19,637 bases of DNA from Candidatus Woesearchaeota archaeon (lineage in GTDB: Archaea; Nanobdellota; Nanobdellia; SCGC-AAA011-G17; GW2011-AR18): the NCBI GenBank assembly GCA_018302765.1, contig JAGVZG010000011.1, positions 1-19,637 on the forward strand, written 5' to 3'. The first letter of the stretch is position 1. Each line of letters starts with the position of its first letter. The position numbers were made by a program, and so were the translations under genes. Of the stretch, positions 16,701 to 19,637 are shown one piece after another. Under the pieces are notes generated by a model. The model ran no database searches and had not been told where the DNA came from. It worked only from the letters and a program-made list of their open reading frames with translations.

Positions 16701-17246
16701 TCCATAAATAGTATTATTATCTTTATCAATGCTTGTAAGTTCTGCTAAGTATTTGCTAATATTTGAGAAATATTTTTCTTCATTAAAGTTTATTTCTAAT
16801 ATACTAGAATTAGGTACAAACTGATCTATCTTAAAGTGTACGCTTTCATTTATAATATTTCCAGGCTGGTAAATGCTAAATCCTGTAAATTCAGGATTGA
16901 CAAACATAAAGCTCAAGATAAATACAGCTAGCACTCCAGCAATTGTAGTTAATTGCAATGCTTTAGTTTTATTCTCTTGTCTTCTAAGTTCTTTATCGCA
17001 AAGTTCTAAGCCATGTCTGTAGTATGTAATACAGCCATTGTAATAATTAGTCCACTGTTCAAGTGTTCTTTGTTTAAGTACGTTGTTTAGTTTTTGCTTA
17101 TATATTTCTAAATCAATTTCTTTTAGAGCATACTGTCTATCTAATTCTTCTACAAATCCTATTACTCTTCTCTTTGAGTTCTGGCAAAGCTGGATATTCC
17201 TGATTAGCTCAAGCTTCCTGTTTTCCAGCTTAGCTATTTTATTCAT
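13590..17246 (-). CDS. Large cell-surface protein or putative adhesin (cytoplasmic coiled coil, TM, Gly-rich domain, Ig-like repeats); frame broken near the 3' end
   Basis: Charged helical residues about 1-95, the TM LTTIAGVLAVFILSFMFV, multiple GGGGG runs alternating with beta strands, repeated F[HY]ANDTSNN motifs, dense N-x-S/T sequons, and Cys pairs. Confidence 0.88.
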   Translation of the reverse strand: MNKIAKLENRKLELIRNIQLCQNSKRRVIGFVEELDRQYALKEIDLEIYKQKLNNVLKQRTLEQWTNYYNGCITYYRHGLELCDKELRRQENKTKALQLTTIAGVLAVFILSFMFVNPEFTGFSIYQPGNIINESVHFKIDQFVPNSSILEINFNEEKYFSNISKYLAELTSIDKDNNTIYGYNVSELNINIGEFNISVPDKKGEHVLISRIIDNGSLIAENITQISIEKETKVSVVNVSQETGLANKTQENIEINITETFDNTTIPPAPVFTRKDETKDTDEIISERNIGISKDKIKEINILGYSAEEISFVGKEKKTLIIHKPIIFGSLFNEAVPLESKDEFTYTSTFEDTTVEIEFDSQEIKQNKTDRKFSKYKIGSLHSYKIGYKFLLPTQTFKSRYRISSSSPIKIIDDFIGHIKTGKFELDFRTEIEKGYSIEIKQVHSNIIYIYLNKDYSIEGKNVNDIVEIDPTLTISSATTEICGEITAYDTVIIDNAGIATICARNVTASTGYANFSLGANGNFTVYQNGTIVGAGKGGRGGSGCSGNSCTATQGDNSTGTAGGAARTPNGAGGGGGTRAANSYGTGGGGGGFGGGGGAGGNNSGVAGLKGLSGLTEGTAGDLALLMGSGGGGSAGDPTPADGGSGGGGLKINASSGYVSIFGVVGVNGSAGGAGDSSDNSGGGGGGGGHIILIARNLTLNKTAVITADGAAGGDGGSGTSSDSCGGGGGGGGRVVYVYQYLALPVAGVINTTYAGRAGTAADTDCDASTDIGNSTAGTTGTLNHSVFVFPNVTAPNISIARINATSNVPINTAVKINASVTDDEGDLSIVELEVITPSAVSYNVTPTKNGNEYHNSTTILSATGTWQFRFHANDTSNNRPTPVFAEDGAGTLNITVDSGADTAFPQWDNATINETAVYNNTYITFNTSWTDNQGLSSYIFEINQSGTPVNSTAALFSGQANTSINTSLILARPGIVVYWRFYANDTSNNTNQTTLQSFTVGDRKPNIDNITAISQQSIVESGVRNVTFYALVSDADGVGDISIVNATFLLTGEQTRYNSSCSLVSNVNITQANYSCTVPIWWFDSAGTWTVNVTANDTVNNASVPGNTTFSLTQTTAFSIGPSALAWATLNVTSINATSNSLMLLNNTGNKNITSNSIQVTVINLIGETNASQYLNASNFTVDLDTGGLGPSECGVKETLLETLEMRQAHKNNYITA

Positions 17247-17845
17247 TGTTTATACTTCCCTCTAGCTTTGTTGTATGAAGTCCAGACAGTACGGTCATCT
17301 CTTCTAAGCAAGACAGCAATCTGATGGAAACTTAGCTTGCAAACATCTTTGAGATAAACACAAATATTTTCCAAAACACCAAGACTTCTATTCCTGAAAA
17401 TTTCAAAAGGAATGTAATATTCGCAATCTTTAATCAAAAATAATCCAGATTTTTTCTTTCTGGAATTAGAATAAGTTGCCCATATAGTTCTGGGATCTCT
17501 GTTCAATAAAGAAGCAATTTCAGAAAAACTAAGGTATTTATTTTCTTTCAAAAATTTAACAATGGTTTCTAGACAGCTTAACTCATCGTTCGAAAAAATA
17601 ACAATAGGAATTCCATCTTTAGGCTTTTCTACTAAGCTTAAAATGTTTTCTTTGTAGTTCTGTTTCTTTAAGACGTCAATTGCGTCTGTAAGCTGTTTTT
17701 CAGCAACCAGTCTTTTCAGCAGTTCTAGAATGTACTCTTCTTTGTAGTTCTGTTTCTTTAAGACGTCAATTGCGTCTGCAAATTGCTTTTCAGCGTTTAA
17801 TCTACTAGAATCTACCTCTTTTTTACTTATTCTATAAGATTTCAC
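17243..17845 (-). CDS. Protein with two tandem HTH (sigma-70 region 4-like) DNA-binding motifs
   Basis: LSFSEIASLLNRDPRTIWATY and LSFHQIAVLLRRDDRTVWTSY. ATGA overlap with the large surface gene. The GTG start is uncertain. Confidence 0.82.
   Translation of the reverse strand: MKSYRISKKEVDSSRLNAEKQFADAIDVLKKQNYKEEYILELLKRLVAEKQLTDAIDVLKKQNYKENILSLVEKPKDGIPIVIFSNDELSCLETIVKFLKENKYLSFSEIASLLNRDPRTIWATYSNSRKKKSGLFLIKDCEYYIPFEIFRNRSLGVLENICVYLKDVCKLSFHQIAVLLRRDDRTVWTSYNKARGKYKQ
17648..17794. repeat. Intragenic 57-bp direct repeat with a 90-bp period
   Basis: 17648-17704 versus 17738-17794, encoding AEKQ(F/L)(A/T)DAIDVLKKQNYKE twice. Confidence 0.9.
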
Positions 17846-17855
17846 TTCTCATTAA

Positions 17856-17936
17856 ATAAGTAATTATACTTATAAATATTACTATTTACTTACTAAATGA
17901 GAAATACAACATTAAATAATACTTATTAAATAAGTA
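17856..17936. promoter_or_regulatory. Cluster of TACTTAT/ATAAGTA half-sites, a candidate operator
   Basis: ATAAGTA-N4-TACTTAT (17856-17873), the perfect palindrome TACTTATT-A-AATAAGTA (17920-17936) and the near copy TACTTAC (17887-17893), all around a TATA-like box upstream of the dual-HTH gene. Confidence 0.45.
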
Positions 17937-17951
17937 ATATAGAAATTTATC

Positions 17952-18395
17952 TTATAGCCATCTAAATAAGCCAATGTTTCTTGGCCTTTGTTCTCTAAAT
18001 TCTCTTTCTGCAATATTTTTCCATTCATTTTTAACCCATTTTCTTTCAAGTTTAATAAAGTCCCCAAAGCCTCTTTTTTTCAGTTCTTTGTTTACAATTC
18101 CTCCTTTATGAGGATGGTTGTATAATTTAGGCAAAGGGCTGTTAAATCCATGGCTGTAGTGCGCAAGTTCATGTGCAATAGTCAGTTGTAATATAAAATC
18201 AGGAACGCTTTCATTTCTAAAATAACCATTTATAACTATTTCACTGTCTCCATTTTTTAATTTTTTTATATGTCCGAATTTATTTTTCCATCTGCCTTTA
18301 AATCTAATTTTTACATTGTTCTTTCTTTCAACGTCAGAGAAATTACTTTGCCATATTTTTTCTAATTCTTCATTCAAAAATAAATCATCACGCAT
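17952..18395 (-). CDS. SprT-like zinc metalloprotease-domain protein
   Basis: HExxH in TIAHELAHYSHG, a downstream HPH.GG, and the SprT-like segment WKNKFGHI...I.IN. Confidence 0.78.
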   Translation of the reverse strand: MRDDLFLNEELEKIWQSNFSDVERKNNVKIRFKGRWKNKFGHIKKLKNGDSEIVINGYFRNESVPDFILQLTIAHELAHYSHGFNSPLPKLYNHPHKGGIVNKELKKRGFGDFIKLERKWVKNEWKNIAEREFREQRPRNIGLFRWL

Positions 18396-18438
18396 TTATC
18401 TATGTCTTAATATGTGATTTATTAATTTAACTGGAAAT

Positions 18439-18855
18439 TTACAGATACCGCATGTAAGTGCCAAGAATTCTTCTTATGTCGTCTCCTCCTTGAGTTCCAG
18501 TATGAAACTCAGATAGTAGTCTAAGCCTCTTGCTTTTTTTGGCTCTCCATCTTCTATTATCTATAGGGGGAGTATAAATAGAAACAAGATTTTTTCTGCA
18601 TAAATCACTTGCTGCTTCATATATGTCTTCAATTTTGTATTCATCTAATCCAGCAAATCTATGATTTCTTGCACTGGCTAAAATGCCGCGGTGTAAAAAA
18701 GAAAAAGAATAGGATTTGTCTTGAGTAGGACTTTTATATAATAAAGTAAGAATTGCAGCAGCAACAGCATTTTCCTCTAATAATGTAGCCTGTTCTAAAC
18801 TTAGGTATTTTCTTACAGAAGTTCTTGCTCTGCTTATAGGTATAACATTATTCAT
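18439..18855 (-). CDS. Hypothetical protein (138 aa), possibly winged-helix-like
   Basis: ORF with an AT-rich TATA-like upstream region. The segment IYEAASDLCRKNLV resembles a wHTH recognition helix (weak). Confidence 0.65.
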   Translation of the reverse strand: MNNVIPISRARTSVRKYLSLEQATLLEENAVAAAILTLLYKSPTQDKSYSFSFLHRGILASARNHRFAGLDEYKIEDIYEAASDLCRKNLVSIYTPPIDNRRWRAKKSKRLRLLSEFHTGTQGGDDIRRILGTYMRYL

Positions 18856-18880
18856 AATATATTAAAAATAAAAAGAATTT

Positions 18881-19078
18881 TTAAGCCTTCTTAAATTTAG
18901 CAACAGTATCTAATAAATCAACATGACCCATAAACATTGCTCTACAGCAATATCTTTCTAAACCAAGGTCATCCATTACTTTCTTAGGATGTTCTCCTTT
19001 AGAAGTTCTTTCTACGTAGTCAGCCCAGAGATGAGCCACAGGTTTTCCACAAGAAAAACAACAAATAGGTATTATCAT
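18881..19078 (-). CDS. rpoN: DNA-directed RNA polymerase subunit N (Rpo10)
   Basis: MIIPI.CFSCGK...LGLERYCCRAM. The start is placed at ATG 19078, about 22 nt after AAAGCTTTAAAAAT (19100-19113). Confidence 0.96.
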   Translation of the reverse strand: MIIPICCFSCGKPVAHLWADYVERTSKGEHPKKVMDDLGLERYCCRAMFMGHVDLLDTVAKFKKA

Positions 19079-19141
19079 AGAATTATGCAATTATGGAATA
19101 TTTTTAAAGCTTTCGTCAACTTCTTAGTAAATTATTTACAA

Positions 19142-19315
19142 TTAATCGTATTGTCCTTTAACTTTATATTTGTCAGAATTAATTATTTCCACGTATTCTT
19201 TTTCTAATAATTCTGCAGCTTTATCTTTTGCAAAAAACAATCTGTAAGCAACCAATGCCATGATTATACCTAAAAAAGCCCACATCCATTTTGAATATAT
19301 AAATTCTATAATCAT
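19142..19315 (-). CDS. Small single-TM protein (57 aa), not in the ORF track
   Basis: Translates as MIIEFIYSKWMWAFLGIIMALVAYRLFFAKDKAAELLEKEYVEIINSDKYKVKGQYD*. ATGA overlap with the upstream ORF. Confidence 0.78.
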   Translation of the reverse strand: MIIEFIYSKWMWAFLGIIMALVAYRLFFAKDKAAELLEKEYVEIINSDKYKVKGQYD

Positions 19316-19497
19316 TTTTCTGCCTGGTTTGCTTTTTGTGCTTCTTTTTCTAGATCAACACCAAAATCTTTCAAAGATTTAACATGCAAACCCATTAACT
19401 GTTCTGTTATATTTACAAGTTTAAGTAGTTCTTCTCTTTCTTTTGCAAGTGTTGTTAAGCAACCTTTGTGAAAGCCTATCTTTTCCTCATTTACCAC
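19312..19497 (-). CDS. Small helical hypothetical protein (61 aa)
   Basis: GTG start about 20 nt after the TATA-like AAACTTATAAAC. Amphipathic helices, and coupled to the next ORF. Confidence 0.75.
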   Translation of the reverse strand: MVNEEKIGFHKGCLTTLAKEREELLKLVNITEQLMGLHVKSLKDFGVDLEKEAQKANQAEK

Positions 19498-19554
19498 AAT
19501 TATTTTACAATTAGAAAGTTTATAAGTTTAACTAAAGAATTTAAAATAGAGTCT

Positions 19555-19637
19555 GGGGTTATCCCCACAGCTTGCTGTGGAAGCAGAAGCAATATATTCT
19601 AATTTAAATCCGCTTCTGCATGGTAAGTTTAGAGCAT
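19555..19637 (+). mobile_element. Possible end of an IS200/IS605-type element (palindromes plus an ORF start MVSLEH cut by the window edge)
   Basis: Hairpins GGGG-TTAT-CCCC, CCACAG-CTTG-CTGTGG and GCAGAAGC...GCTTCTGC, then ATG 19620 open to the edge. The resemblance to subterminal hairpins of HUH-transposase elements is from memory only. Confidence 0.35.

Noticed and set aside
10138-17265. Overlapping short ORFs within the coiled-coil and surface genes (e.g. 11223..11456, 12650..13027, 14809..15276, 15419..15649)
   Set aside because: They are antisense or alternative-frame artefacts; the poly-Pro reads are the reverse complement of poly-Gly codons.
19195-19210. Suspected homopolymer frameshift in the 57-aa ORF
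   Set aside because: Recounting gives five Ts (GAA AAA GAA on the minus strand), so the frame is intact.
1-19637. CRISPR array or tRNA genes
   Set aside because: No regularly spaced repeats and no T-loop/cloverleaf signature were found by eye.

Overview
AT-rich archaeal DNA, most consistent with a DPANN lineage (Woesearchaeota/Pacearchaeota-like). The evidence is the archaeal RpoN and RNase P Rpp21 genes, a stand-alone 5S rRNA, and BRE/TATA-like boxes about 25 nt upstream of many start codons. From left to right the window holds: (1) small membrane and hypothetical genes; (2) a grpE-dnaK-dnaJ chaperone cluster, with a four-ORF cassette between grpE and dnaK (three small ORFs, including a zinc-finger peptide, plus a free-standing HTH-LAGLIDADG endonuclease) and a divergent winged-helix regulator; (3) a rhodanese, 5S rRNA, a YdjM-type hydrolase, rnp4, a PspC protein and a 7TM/winged-helix pair; (4) a five-gene cell-surface cluster (dual-HTH regulator, a 1200+ aa Gly-rich surface protein, a short paralogue of its C-terminal module, and two membrane-anchored Ig-like proteins); (5) a SprT-like protein, rpoN, small conserved ORFs and a possible IS200/IS605-type end. 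The most striking structure is in the surface cluster. Two surface-protein genes share near-identical 3' blocks, and in both the conserved 47-aa C-terminus is out of frame at exactly the same point. This is either a recombining cassette or an assembly break at a repeat, and reads are needed to decide. All calls are by eye; no database searches were run.
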